From: Tubulanus polymorphus
Taxonomy: Eukaryota; Animalia; Nemertea
Reading direction: 5' to 3'
Assembly (NCBI RefSeq): GCF_964204645.1
Contig: NC_134026.1
Coordinates: forward strand, 16,774,150 to 16,838,149
DNA length: 64,000 bases
In this document: piece after piece, positions 50,701-64,000 of the stretch
How positions within the stretch are numbered: position 1 is the first letter of the stretch
Layout: the number at the start of each line of letters is the position of its first letter
The notes under the pieces: model-generated
Databases searched by the model: none
What the model saw: only the letters and a program-made list of their open reading frames with translations
What the model was told of the DNA's origin: nothing
Position numbers and translations under genes: made by a program

Positions 50701-52617
50701 ACCATTTTGAATAGTCTAAAGTACAAAAATAATGATTTAGAGTCGGGTCTTATGTTTATGGGTCTTAGGTTTAGTGACAACTATATATAATATACTAAAC
50801 CTAAGACCCATAAACCTAAGACCCCCAAATATCTCGTCTCTGATAAAGAAACCAAATTTTAATAGGCCATCGATGGATCATTCTTACTAATATCTATATA
50901 TTAGAACCATTTCGAATAGTCTAAAGTACACAAAAAATGATTTAGAGTCGGGTCTTAGGTTTATGGGTCTTAGGTTTAGTGACACCTATATATAATATAC
51001 TAAACCTAAGACCCATAAACCTAAGACCCCCAAATATCTCGTCTTCGAACTATCTGAGCTGCTACTTCATGCCGTATCGCAAAGAGGTTATGTTTCGCCA
51101 CCGTTTATCTATTTTTTGTTTGTTTCCATGAAACTTTTTATTAGCAAAATAACTCGGAAAGTTATGAATCGATTTCTGTAAAATACGTTTACACATGAAC
51201 AGTTGATTCCTCTAAAGTTAAATTTATTTATTTTCAAGTGTCCACTCTTGATTCGCCAAAACAACAGGCTGAGTTTAAATGATCTTATTCAACCAAATAA
51301 CTCTCCTCAACGAGCTACCCTAAGACCTATAAACCTAAGACCCTCAAATATCTCGTCTGATAAATAAACCAGATTTGAATAGGCCATCGATGGATACTAA
51401 TATCTATATATTAGAACCATTTTGAATAGTCTAAAGTACACAAATAATGATTTAGAGTCGGGTCTTAGGTTTAGTGACACCTATATATAATATACTAAAC
51501 CTAAGACCCATAAACCTAAGACCCCCAAATATCTCGTCTTTGAACTATCTGAGCTGCTACTTCATGCGGTATCACATGTATTTTAGAACCATTTTTAAAT
51601 CATCCAAAGTACACAAAATAACGCATTAGAGTCGGGTCTTATGTTTATGGGTCTTAGGTTTAGTGACAACTATATATAATATACTAAACCTAAGACCCAT
51701 AAACCTAAGACCCCCAAATATCTCGTCTCTGATAAAGAAACCAAATTTTAATAGGCCATCGATGGATCATTCTTACTAATATCTATATATTAGAACCATT
51801 TCGAATAGTCTAAAGTACACAAAAAATGATTTAGAGTCGGGTCTTAGGTTTATGGGTCTTAGGTTTAGTGACACCTATATATAATATACTAAACCTAAGA
51901 CCCATAAACCTAAGACCCCCAAATATCTCGTCTTCGAACTATCTGAGCTGCTACTTCATGTCGTATCGCAAAGAGGTTATGTTTGGCCACCGTTTATCTA
52001 TTTTTTGTTTGTTTCCATGAAACTTTTTATTAGCAAAATAACTCGGAAAGTTATGAATCGATTTCTGTAAAATACGTTTACACATGAACAGTTGATTCCT
52101 CTAAAGTTAAATTTATTTATTTTCAAGTGTCCACTCTTGATTCGCCAAAACATCAGACTGAGTTTAAATGATCTTATTCAACCAAATAACTCTCCTCATC
52201 GAGCTACATTTTTTGAATATTCATTCTTTTTTTCTAGAGATTTATAAGTAGCTGGTGAACTGACACATGTATTTTAGAACCATTTTTAAATCATCCAAAG
52301 TACACAAAATAACGAATTAGAGTCGGGTCTTATGTTTATGGGTCTTAGGTTTAGTGACACCTATATATAATATACTAAACCTAAGACCTATAAACCTAAG
52401 ACCCTCAAATATCTCGTCTGATAAATAAACCAGATTTGAATAGGCCATCGATGGATACTAATATCTATATATTAGAACCATTTTGAATAGTCTAAAGTAC
52501 AAAAATAATGATTTAGAGTCGGGTCTTAGGTTTATGGGTCTTAGGTTTAGTGACACCTATGTATAATATACTAAACCTAAGACCCATAAACATAAGACCT
52601 CAAATATCTTGTCTCTG
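47754..52617. repeat. Higher-order tandem array of palindromic units
   Basis: About 19 cores GGGTCTTAGGTTTATGGGTCTTAGGTTTAGT-N18-ACTAAACCTAAGACCCATAAACCTAAGACCC, separated by recurring ~110-125-bp and ~400-bp linkers. Confidence 0.97.
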
Positions 52618-54065
52618 ATGAATAAACCAATTTTAGCCATGTTAACTGTGGACAATCTGAAGTGTGTTAGAGAAAGCCTCCGCCACCAAGCGCGCCCTGA
52701 CTAAATATTTTTTAATGTGCGCTGATTGGCTAAATAAACAAATATCTTGAAATCTTGAATTTTGATTATTGTAATAAAGCATTATTGTAAGAATTTTGAT
52801 ATTTATAATAATAAATTGTCTACAAACTCAAACAGTATGTAATAAATGAAATCGTTCAGCATCGGAAGATCTCTATTTGAGTCATTGGGGAAATCCCACT
52901 ACCACGTATTCGCGTGATGTATTTTGAGATCGTCTCATTTGACGCATTTTCATATAAGAATTCCTTGGTTCAAGTAGAGACATGTTAGGCTTTTTAACTA
53001 CTTGAAGCATGGATCCCCTCTGAAATTCCACCAAAACATCACGTTGAAAAAGGTGTGTTTTCATCATTCAAATGTAATTCTGAAAAAAGCAATCTTTTAT
53101 TTTTATCTTGATATTACCGTTTCAAACAAGTTTCTGCAAAAAAGTCATGAAATTGATTGAAGGCCAGGTCTTTGAGATCTTTTATAATTCGTGAAGCTAC
53201 ATGTCAAAGCCCCATGGTGCTCTTGTATTATTGCGTAATCAACTCCGGGGTAAACGCAGTCTACCATAAATTCATATAAACTGGGCATTCTTCGACTGAG
53301 AAACATGTCCTCTTTGCTTTATAATCAGTTCGGTATATGTTTCGAATAAACAAAGGACACAGTGAACGATCTGACGTAAGTACTTTGAGAACGTCATGAA
53401 TATCCTATTTGTAATAATGTCGTTTACCTTCTCCCTTTTTGTCTCAAATCGTTTCAAGTCGTGTCGTTGTGTATGAAAAAGACAGCCCAGCTTGGTTATT
53501 TCTTCGGGTCGCATAACACATAGCCGCAATCAGACGAGTGCTTCTGGCCCGGATAAATTGTTCACCGGTTGCCAAATGGGCCCATAGCCGTGTCTGATTG
53601 GCTCGACCAAAAACATGGGACCAGGCCCGAGCCAAATTTTAGCGCGAGCCAAATTCAAATTATTTTGCGTGAATTGCAACTGTTTCCGGAAATGACTCTC
53701 TTCGCTTTGCTTAAGCATTATTTTGTAACGAATGGGTGATTTGCGAGTGAACGCGCTATCGGCAAATTTGACCTGGGCCAAATCGTCTCTATGTGATCGT
53801 TGAAAGCGATTTTGATGCGTCAAATGAATATAACGACAGAAAGAATAAACAGAACAAAATCTGTAAATATTTAAAAAAACAACCGGGAATTGGTTTATTG
53901 GCTTGAGAACAGCAAATTACAATGGAAGCTATAACACCAGCTACACATAAATGAAAAACAAATATTTGATTAAACCCAAGTTTATATATACTTCATTTGA
54001 TATACTTGTATGATTGTAGAAATATCTTTCAAACTACACGATTGTTCAAACATTAGCGTCTTAAT

Positions 54066-54621
54066 TAGTCAACCTCGGTTAATCCGTATCACTCGGGACC
54101 AAGCATTTTTGTACGGATTAAGTAATTTACGGATTACAGATAATCCGTACGTAGTTCTACGAATTAATTTCAATTCGCATTAACTATGATTTCAGTGTTT
54201 AAACCGTATGATAGCCAGTTTAAAGATGTCTAAATTGCCACTTAAAATCATTGAATGCAATACGAAACCAGGTACCATCATTTAATAGAGTGGTGTGAGA
54301 CAATGACTTCGATGGATTAATTTAGTGTTTCCAGGAGTTATCTCATATTTCCCATTGATCACATTTACCGAGATTCTGTTGTTTATATCTATTTTCACTA
54401 CAAATATATGTTACCGACAGCTGATACGGATTACACAATAGGTTTTACTTAGAAATGGCCAACGGGACCATACGTGTCTACGGAATAAGTTAAAATACGG
54501 ATAATGACGTACGAATTAAGGACATAATTCTAAATGGAATAACGTAACTTAAAAAGGGACCGATTTATTTATACAGAATAAGCACATGGTTTAATCGGGA
54601 CGATTTAACCTAGGTTGACTA
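54066..54621. mobile_element. Tc1/mariner-type MITE
   Basis: TIRs TAGTCAACCTCGGTTAATCCGT / ACGATTTAACCTAGGTTGACTA; internal TACGGATTA repeats. Confidence 0.65.
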
Positions 54622-54654
54622 AGAGCGAGAGATTTTGCCGTACACAAGCACAGT

Positions 54655-57600
54655 TCATTGTAACTGGCTACCAAATTCGGATCTCAGCAAGGTCCAATGA
54701 TTGTCTTCTAATTGGTGTTGGACATCTACCGGAATTGTTATGTATTCATATGTAAAATATGGGAAACGTCGCAAGATTCAGCTCACAGAGGGGTGATAGT
54801 ATCGCTTTGTTTCTCGCTTCGATGGTTCCTTTTTGCTCCAATCATTGTTGATAGGGAAGAAGTATCTCTCCATATGTGAGAAAACAATGTTGTATGGAGC
54901 AGGAGGATTAATTTTACAAAATTCAACACTGCAAGTCTTGCAGATTTTTGCATTCGTTGATAAGAACTCTAAATAAAATTTATTGTTATTATGATGCAAT
55001 TCTGTGAATGGATTCACCGACGAATGCGGTAAAGAAGCTTCCTGTCGCGTGGGACTCTCTTTACGGGAACGATAGCCATATTTATTTCTAGACCCTTTTT
55101 TCCCTGCTACAATCAAATTAACATTGGATTCAGCCAACACAGACTTCCGTTTTGTTCCCTTTTTTCGGGAAATAAAAGACAGATGCATTTCTAAAATCCC
55201 GTTTTGTTCCCTTTTTTCGGGAAATAAAAGACAGATGCATTTCTAAAATCTCGCATTTCTCTGCAACAGCCAAGCTATGTTTGCATACTTGATCATACCT
55301 ATAGCTTGCACATTTACAGGATACATGATCTTTATACAGAACACACAGGAACTTTCCGCCCTTTCCGACATGAGAAGCCACTTCGTATTTATTGGAATTT
55401 CCTGGGTTTGTACAAACTTGCTGACCGATTGACAGTGGCTGATTTAATAGTCTATGGACTTCTTTTTCAATCAAATTTGCAGATTCTTCGGAGTATTTCA
55501 ACTTGTGATGTAAATATTGTGCTAGGTTAATGGTCAATTCTTGGTATTCTTGAGGGCCGCTATCGGTTGCTGAATCAAGAGACAGTTTTACTTTCTTTAA
55601 CATATCTTCATATATCATTTGACGTACTCTGACAACATATGCATCTCTCTCTTCTTCTGTCAAATCAAACCAAATGTCAGGTGTTAACTGATGATGTTTA
55701 ACAATATCTGCTAATTCGTACTGGTCACCGAGGCCAGCGACTGCTAGTTTGACTTCTTTTGTTTGGTCACAGATGATTCGATCGAATACTTTGGTTGTTA
55801 ATTCAAATTTTGTAAGATGCTTTTCTTTCGTGCTGACATAATTTTTTTTTGCCCATGACATTCTATTATTCATCGATTCCGATGCATTAGTGTAGCATCT
55901 CATTGGTTTTCCACGTTCATCTTTAGGCATGTTAGCAGCGCTCCTTGCATCGGCAAGCATACTGTTGGCAATCATTTCAGTATGATCATTTAGATATTGC
56001 CAGAATTTCGCCACGTATCCATTAGGTTTATCCTTTGATTCCAAACCATCGAACACATTCTTGACTGCATTCAGTCGGTTTATGAACTCGTCTTCATTAT
56101 TAGCATCAAGGAGGCCTTCTTTTCTCCCTTTGACTCCAAATATTTCAACGAGGAACGGGCTCTGAGATTTAGAATCTCTTATCCCTAGCTGTGAAAGCTT
56201 ATCCTTACAGTTGGTTTGAAAGTGGCGAAAACATCTGAGTGACCGAGCATTTGGCATATCTGAGGTAAATGCATCGATAATTGCTTTCTCACCATCTGTT
56301 ACTGAACCGCGAGCTCCTTTCAACCCAGGACTGTTTGACACACAGACGGATGAGAACACTTTGAATGTGGCAATGTCTTTGTAGTGATGAATCATTGTTG
56401 GACCCAAAAAGACAGGATTTTCTCCGGTCCTTTTCGACATGAAATATGGGTGATGGTAAACAAGTGGTGTCACCTCAAACTTTCCCATTTTGAACGTTGG
56501 GTCAACGCTGACTGGGTAACCCACTTGACTAAACTTGGATACTTCGTCACATATGGTCTTTGTCACAAGTATCCAAACATCGGAAGGGATATCGGCATGA
56601 TGGAGAATATTTGCCTTATTATTATGTTGAGCATAGATCAGCAAATCATCAGTTTCGTCAATCGGTGTTTTGTGACGTTGTATATAGTTTTCTATTTGTT
56701 TACGGTCCCTAGCATTCTGCTCTGGGCAACGACCTTCACTTTGTTCTACCTCCATCGCTTGCAATATTCCCGATACTGATGCAGATTTCGAAGATGCCTT
56801 TTCTTGTATCGATTGTTTTACTGATTGTGCTGTTGGGTAAAAAGGCTTGGAACCTTTTTTGCTATTGCCATGAGGTAAAACATCAAGGTTTGTTATAGCC
56901 TTCGATGTAGTATACTGTATTAAACACACATCGTTAACGATTCTCTCCTCATTGTCGGTTACATGGAAAATTGACCGTTGGAGAGAATCATTAGCTTTAT
57001 TTCTTCTACTGTCAATATGCAGATGATAGTGCGTGTTGGATACTAATGGTTCCTTTTTTCTGGCAACCACAATACATTCGTCTTCTTCGTATTTGATCGT
57101 CCACACCTCACAACGCAGAACTCTCGAATATACACCATTCATATCGGACTTGACATCCCTGATGTGATTAAATGCACTCAAATCAATTAAAAATGATGCA
57201 TTTTCACGTACTTTTAGGGGCTGTTTCTTACATGTTAATTCCTGCGTAGACATCAGTATTTTGACTGCCTGTGATGTGGTGTAACGTTCATTTTTCAATT
57301 GATGAATAGGCAATTCCTGATCACCGTTCCAAAATTGCTTTGAAATCATCGAATTTCCAGGAGAAAATGTATCAGCAATACTGCAATCACCAGCATCATC
57401 GATCTCGTTATCATCACTGTTTGTTTGACCGTCACTGCTGCTTATTTCAGTGAAAGTATCAGCAGACCCATCAGATATCTGACCATTAGACTCAATTTCA
57501 CGAATAGACTGGTGGTTACTGTCTCTGTATTCATGTGTATCCGAAGCCAGTGTGTCGCAACCAGAATTCTCTTCAAAACAAGGGGGTTGATGTTGACCTT

Positions 57601-57800
57601 TCTGGGTACCAACGGAAATTCTCAAGAGAGAGAATGGCATTTCTTCATCACGAGTTAGCCTCAATCTACAGGCTATCCATTCGTAAAGGTCTTGACTGGA
57701 CGGGAAAATCTTTAAGAGACCATTTCCATTTCCCCCAAGAAGTTTTCCAATCGGATGGGTATCAAGTATAAAATACTCTTTTGAAACATTTCCAAGCAGA
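54655..57800 (-). pseudogene. Mutator-like (MULE) DDE transposase with SWIM finger and C-terminal Zn finger
   Basis: VDPTF (D), TDGE (D), CFRH (CxxH), TNASESMN (E); SWIM CKC..Y...VCKH; CKTC...H...YYH. A 52-bp duplication frameshifts the C-terminus. Confidence 0.85.
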
Positions 57801-58221
57801 AAGTCAATATGCCAATGAAATTGTCTTCGAGAGCATTTTTCATCAAATTCAATCCATCGATGGCACTAAGTGATATGTTATCAATAACCTCCTCCAAAAA
57901 CTCTTCTTTTTCTGGGATAAGTTGAAGTTTTTTTAGGATGTCAATAACTTCAACCGAATCGTACATTTTAGTGACATCTCTGGAACTATTGATAACATAT
58001 GGAAGATTAGTTATTGTATTCTCGGTTACTTTTACCATATCGTTCCAAGATCTATGTTCATGCCTAAACAAATGCGCTAGATAGATGCATAGAAATGCGC
58101 ACGCATTGGTGCCATCATTTTCACACTGTGAATTAATCTCAAGTCCGATATTGGCATCAAACTTTTCTACAGCTGAACCCTGACTGACACATAGTGGATA
58201 GTTTCCGTCGATTGTGAACAA
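57730..58221 (-). pseudogene. Cysteine-peptidase-like domain between kinase and transposase
   Basis: SQCENDGTNACAFLC ... YFILDTHP. The DTH segment is in frame with the transposase ORF. Confidence 0.45.
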
Positions 58222-58229
58222 AGTACATT

Positions 58230-59244
58230 GGAGCTCATCAGTTGTTGGCCGATCCGATGGTGTGAAATGAGTGCACTTCTTGAAAATTGTGCAGATATCT
58301 TCCCAGACAGTGACATGCTTTTGATGGAATTTTCTTGAAAAAGAAAGGTTTTTTTCTTATTTTTCAACATTTCTTTAATGAATTTTTTTGTGTCTATTTC
58401 ACCCTTAATTTCAACGAAGTACGGGGCCAGTAAGTCAGGATTTACTACATTGTAGATTGTCATCCCCAATGCCCAGATGTCCGCCAACAGCAAATCATTC
58501 AGAGATAGACAAACATTCGAATATTCAGCAACCTCTCCTGCAAGCAGCAGTTCAGGGGCCATGTACGGTACCGTACCTGATCAACTCTTTGTGTTTGAGC
58601 AGCCATTAACATGTTGGTCTGCAACAACCTCGACCGACTTTCACCAAAATCCGTCAATTTGCACACAATTGGAAAATTTTTGAAGGCATAATTAACGACT
58701 GATGTATTGAGGTTACCATTGACAAAATAATGACTATTGCTAACTAATATGTTTGCAGGTTTTAAATCTCTGTGGGCAATGGATTTTGAATGAAGAAACT
58801 GCAAAGCATTGATGGTGTCTTTAACAATGAACGCTGCTACGTGTTGAAATGAATCTACCATTCTTCTGTCTCGTTTATTTTCGCAGAAAAATCTAACAAG
58901 TTGTTCACTTTGTGGTCGCACTGAAAGGGGAGAAAATTAAACTCCTCGTACGACAGAACGATTGCTGAAGGAGAAAGACACCAACCCTCTAAATGAACGA
59001 TGTTCTCATGTTCAAGAGATTTTAGGAGTTTAGCTTCTTTTATAAACTCAGCAAGAAATTGATGATCCTTTAATTTCCTAAAGGCAACAGCTTTTCTTCT
59101 TCCCCAAACAGCCTTAAAAACATCTGCGAATCCACCTTTGCCAACTTGTTCCTGTAATCTAATATCTTTCATCTCGATGTTGGGTACTTCCGTAACTCTA
59201 ATAGATTTCCTAGGAACAATGGTTGGAATTTTGAAGGAGTCCAT
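58230..59244 (-). pseudogene. Ser/Thr-type protein kinase domain, frameshifted
   Basis: GKGGFADV, EFIKEAKLL, HRDLKPANIL, DFGES, GTVPYMAPE, DIWALG. Splice acceptor TTTATTTCAG lies 3 nt before the ATG. Confidence 0.92.
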
Positions 59245-59340
59245 CTCCTGAAATAAAGATTGGTTTTAATAGCACTATGGTACAGCATCACACCCCATAC
59301 ATTCAGTGTCATGATCGAGATATTTGTAATGTACCACCGC

Positions 59341-59342
<2 letters not shown>

Positions 59343-59439
<97 letters not shown>

Positions 59440-59449
59440 CATACATACA

Positions 59450-59485
<36 letters not shown>

Positions 59486-59585
59486 TTCTAAACCGATAGA
59501 GTATATATCAGCGATTTAACGTGGCGATACGTACGTACACACGCACACGCACACGCACATACACATACACATACACATACATACA
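59343..59585. repeat. Compound microsatellite (TA)n(TACA)n and (CACACG)/(CATACA)n
   Basis: Directly visible. Confidence 0.98.
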
Positions 59586-60872
59586 AAGTGATCCTTGTGG
59601 GTATCCAGAGTTACATGTATCCCAAAAAGTTTTATATTTTTCGAAAGGGCATTTATGCTTTCATAAAGGAATGCATATCTAGAATAATGAATACCGTATA
59701 ATTTTCATTTTAGGAATAGTAGAACATGATTTAAAGCGTGACGTAAAGAAACTCCTATTCATACATGTACCATATTGGGTGTGTGTGTGCGCGCGAATCT
59801 GCCAGCCAAAATAGCAGGTCCGGTGTAAAATATGACAGCGGCACCCACGTTTACTACAGCCAATTCATCTGCATCGGAAGGACAAAGAGGACGGACAACA
59901 CATTTTTCCGATCTAATCTTAAGCATATTGTATGGAACCCCTGACACGACATCTTGAGTTCATGAGTTCCCGAGTTCATGGAGTTCTCAAGTTCCTGAGT
60001 TGGTTTAAATTGCAAAAAGCTTGCAATACCGAAACATGCAATACCGAAGTTCTATGAAAGAACCTAGTCTCAGGCTAATACGACACTGAATGGCCAGCTA
60101 GCCTCGGGTGGCTCCGATTTTCTGTGCTAGGGCTAGTGAAGAGGGTGACTCCGCTTTTAGGTGACTCTCGAGGTATCCGATCGGGTTTTAATGACAACAC
60201 AAATAACAAACGCTCATTATTACAAATTTCTAAACATCTATTTATCTTCTATAAACCATCAAGAAAGCAGATGGCTGATGATAGACTGGTTGCCGGTCTA
60301 CCTTCAGTTGACTGCCAGTGCAGAATTGGACTCAGTCAGCTAGTTTAGGTTGATGCGGGACACGGGACATTATTTTTGTAGTCGATTCAAGACGAAAAAT
60401 ACGATGTTTTAAGTCACGTTATTTCATAGTGTTGTTCATGGCTAAATAAACTCAAAATCCCATAAACTCTGGAACTCTCGTCTCATCGCTTCCCTGCCAT
60501 AATATTGTATATATGTTCTGTCTTTTCAACAACATAACCGCGCTAATCGCGAGGCAATAACTTGAAAATGAATCAGATCAGTTTAAAGTAACTTGTCTGT
60601 TCTATGTTTTGCCTTACAATGTTTTACTGACACTAAATGACACTAAATGATTAATGAAGATGTGCCGGCTATGCGTTGATACAAGCAGTTTTGTTAAGGT
60701 GGATGTTGAAATTTTAGCTAGACATGTAAACTGTACTCCGATTTCCCGAATGGACCGATATGTTTTTTCCTAGTCCGAGTAATGAAATTCGACTTTATCG
60801 TATATTTTGTACTTTATTATAATCAAATGGAGGACTTCAGAAATTGACCGACCGTGTGTAGATCCGACCTAT

Positions 60873-62360
60873 CAGGGCGGATCTAGAGCCCAATTTAGGG
60901 GGGGACCGCCTAATAAATGTAGCTCTGATGATACTGTATTGACACCGAGCGGCGTAGGCGCGAGACGTTCCTAGCCCGTGCAGGAGTCTGGAGGTCCTCC
61001 CCCGAAAATTTTTGAAATTTAACTCTTTTTTGGGGCCATTTCCTGCATTCTGAGGCAAGAATTCATGACAAATACTTTTCCCTTTTCTGCTGCTGATAAA
61101 CTAAAGCATAAACTAGGGGTCCAGGGACGCCATGCCCACTTGGGAAGTGGTTTCAAATGCTCAAAAATCTAACAATTTCAACATTCAACGCCCCCTGGTG
61201 ACCATTCACAAAAACCAATGACCTTGAAACTCACCACAATCATAGAACCTGTCAGCAGCTACGATTTTGTAATTGATTGTGATAACAAAATATGCCTCGT
61301 TACCAATTTAATATGGAAATACTAAGTCATTCTACTATTCAACGCCCCCTGGTGACCATATTTCAAAACCCAATGACCTCGAAACTCACCACACTCATAG
61401 AACATGTCATGAACTACAACTTTGCAATTGATCATGGTAACAAAATATGCCTAGGTACCAATATAATAAGGAAATACTAAGTTATTCTACTATTCAACGC
61501 CCCCTGGTGACTATATAGAAAAACTTATGTCCTTCAAACTCGCAACAATCATAGATGATGTCATAAGCTACAACTTTCCAATTGATTGTGGTTACAAAAT
61601 ATGCATAGGTAAGAATATAATAAAGAAATGCTAAGATATTGTATTATTCAACGCCCCCTGGTGGCCATATACGAAATCCAATTACCTTGAAACTCACCAC
61701 AATCATAGAACACGTTATGAGCTACAACTTTCTAATTGATTGTGGTAGCAAAATACGCTTAGGTATCAATATAATGTGGAAAAACTTTTTCCCGCTTACG
61801 AATGAGTACTGGTGACACCAAGATGGCCGCCAATTGCGTCATAATTGGCTGATGGAAAGTACCTGTCTCAGGTATAAAACATCCCTTTCCAAAGAATACC
61901 CATCACAAATTGTAATGAGAAATGGCAAACCAGTAGGAAGCTACAGGACTCAGAATATGCTGATGGGCCCTGGAGGGATTCACATATAACCGAAAGATCA
62001 AGGTAATTGATCAAAGCGTCTTCAAAATTTCCCTCAAAAAGTTCAAAAATGTGTAAAAAGAGCTGATTTTGGCGAACAACAATGGCTGCCAGTCGGCCAT
62101 CTTGATTCTGACAGGGCCAGTTTTTGGGCTGAAGATGTGTCTAGGGTAGATACATGTGTAACCCAAATATCAAGACGTTACCTTGAAGCGTCTTCAAAAC
62201 TTCCCAAAATAACTGGATTCCGTCTACGGACGGACGGACGGACGACGGACGAAAAGTGAACGCAATAGCCCGCTGGGACTTAAGTCCCAAGTGGGCTAAA
62301 AAACGATCTTCACTTAAAGGAGGGAGGGGGCCCGGGACCCCCTCCCTAGATCCGCGCCTG
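60873..62360. mobile_element. MITE with CAGG termini and 5-bp flanking duplication, carrying HINE copy D
   Basis: CAGGGCGGATCTAG / CTAGATCCGCGCCTG flanked by CCTAT on both sides. Confidence 0.75.
61111..62301 (-). mobile_element. HINE family 2, copy D
   Basis: Nearly identical to 18562-19838 apart from a ~85-bp internal deletion near 61957. Confidence 0.92.
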
Positions 62361-64000
62361 CCTATGCATACTCCAGCTACCGTATTAATTTTATCACTGG
62401 ACTCGATCGTTTGAATATGGCATTGGCATATTGGGGTACTGTCAAAATTATGAAATCTTAATTGACGAATAGCTTGATGTCTCAAAACAATTGAAATAAA
62501 AAAAATCTTGGAAATAGCAAAGAAAATTATGGAAATACAGTACCGCGAAAATTGATTATATTTCATACGCCGAAAGGTTTTAGGCTATTTGAGAGCAATC
62601 TTTCTGTTTAGTCAAGGGTTTTTGTCTTTAACAATTTTGTTTTTTATCCTCCAATTTATCAGCTAATCATATATACATTGACATGATCAAAAACTTTTAA
62701 TTTCAAAAAACCTTTTAATGTATCTTAGAGATCGGATATGGCATTTCAGCGAATACAGAAAACTTTTTGGATCCTACCGGTACCGAATATACGGGTACCA
62801 CTAGGCGGAGTCGTACCTTGGAGTAATTGGAGTATCTCCAAGAATGTACATACGGTAACGGGTGTTCAGCTGATTCACTGAAACGCTGCGCATTGTTTCA
62901 TAAAATTCGTTAAATGGTTTTGTAACCACTATACGTACTGAGCTCAATCAAAATTACTCGTCAAAAAGAGAATAGCACTGGACACAAGAAAAAAGCGAAA
63001 CTAGTTGAATCAACACCAGGCCATAGTTAAAAGGTTAATGTAAAAAGTTAATTTGCCATGAATCTCTCCATTTTAGTCCGCAGTTTTTTTCTATCGTCTA
63101 TTAATTTACATGCTTGCGGCATGATAAAATAAATGCAGCGTTATGTACATGTACTTTTCCACCTTGGAGTTCATCACCATGAAAACGACAATTCATACCT
63201 ACTTACAATCACCTGAATAGTGTTATGAAATGGCAAATAACTCACCGCTAAAAAAACGCAGCCCGGTCTCGTTACTGGTACTCTACCAGTGAATGTTTCT
63301 GTTTGAATTTATTGTATCAACGGGCGAATACAAATATCAACAGCACAACGAATACCTACAATCAAAAAATTATTTTCTAACTGATGGTTTTTTTCATACG
63401 GCGACGGAATCGATAACCTACAGTGCGCTGTACTAGGAAATGATTTCGGCCTCGAGTCATACGTGATATGGTTTCTTAGGCCCATTATCGTCAGTTTGTA
63501 GCACGTGTGATTGTTGACCATTTCATAATAACCGTAGCTACGAAAATGACACAGTTGATGTTGAATATTTACCTTCAATGGCTATTACATTAATTTGTGG
63601 TATGGGCATAGCATGAAGTAAGAGACGAGTTCCGCTGACACTAAGTTGGAGAACAACTAAAATAAATAGGTCATTCGACATCTGCGATTTACGGACGTTT
63701 AGCGGGACCTGATGGTTTTTTCGTGATTTATGATCTATTTGTATCGTACACCTGTTTTAAGCCATTACGAAATTATCTTAATAGCACAGCCATGTGTAGG
63801 CCTGTTGTCATCATGGCAATTTCTTTTTATGCAGAATGAAAAAAAAACTAACAGTCCAATTTAGAGATATTATTGACCATAATTAAACTAAAGAACTCGA
63901 CAACTTGTTTCCCATTTCTGCAGCGCTTAAAAGTTGACTATTATTATGCATTTTGCATTCTATTTTCCCGAGGACAATCGCTTGATAAACTCTCGGATTT

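Noticed and set aside
47754-52617. CRISPR array
   Set aside because: Spacers are long and repeated rather than unique, there are no cas genes and the context is eukaryotic.
52882-53823. Short minus-strand ORFs as a second transposon gene
   Set aside because: No recognisable motifs and multiple stops. It cannot be supported without a search.
59169-59519. YI/YVCM-repeat ORFs
   Set aside because: Translations of microsatellites.

Overview
This is AT-rich, repeat-dense genomic DNA from an invertebrate metazoan. It is not prokaryotic: it contains spliced genes, LINEs, LTR elements and microsatellites. Positions 1-17285 hold a decayed endogenous Polinton-like virus, entirely on the minus strand. 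It encodes a protein-primed PolB with vOTU-like and HNH inserts, a giant-virus-type HNH endonuclease, probable major and minor capsid proteins, several small membrane proteins and a possible SSB. No integrase, packaging ATPase or adenain protease is visible. The element ends in a 152-bp imperfect fold-back that abuts an exon of a host Ly6/uPAR-type GPI-anchored gene. Two more copies of this terminus lie at ~22.2 kb and ~41.3 kb, the latter with co-varying stems. Viral genes start at a repeated TAAATG motif like the poxvirus late promoter. The rest is nested transposon debris: Helentron-type non-autonomous elements, Harbinger, MULE MITEs, three LINEs, BEL/Pao, copia and a Penelope-type hammerhead. 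There is also a 4.9-kb palindromic array of transposon-end-like units and a frameshifted gene joining a protein kinase, a cysteine-peptidase-like domain, a MULE transposase and a SWIM finger. All family assignments come from motif recognition by eye; no searches were run.
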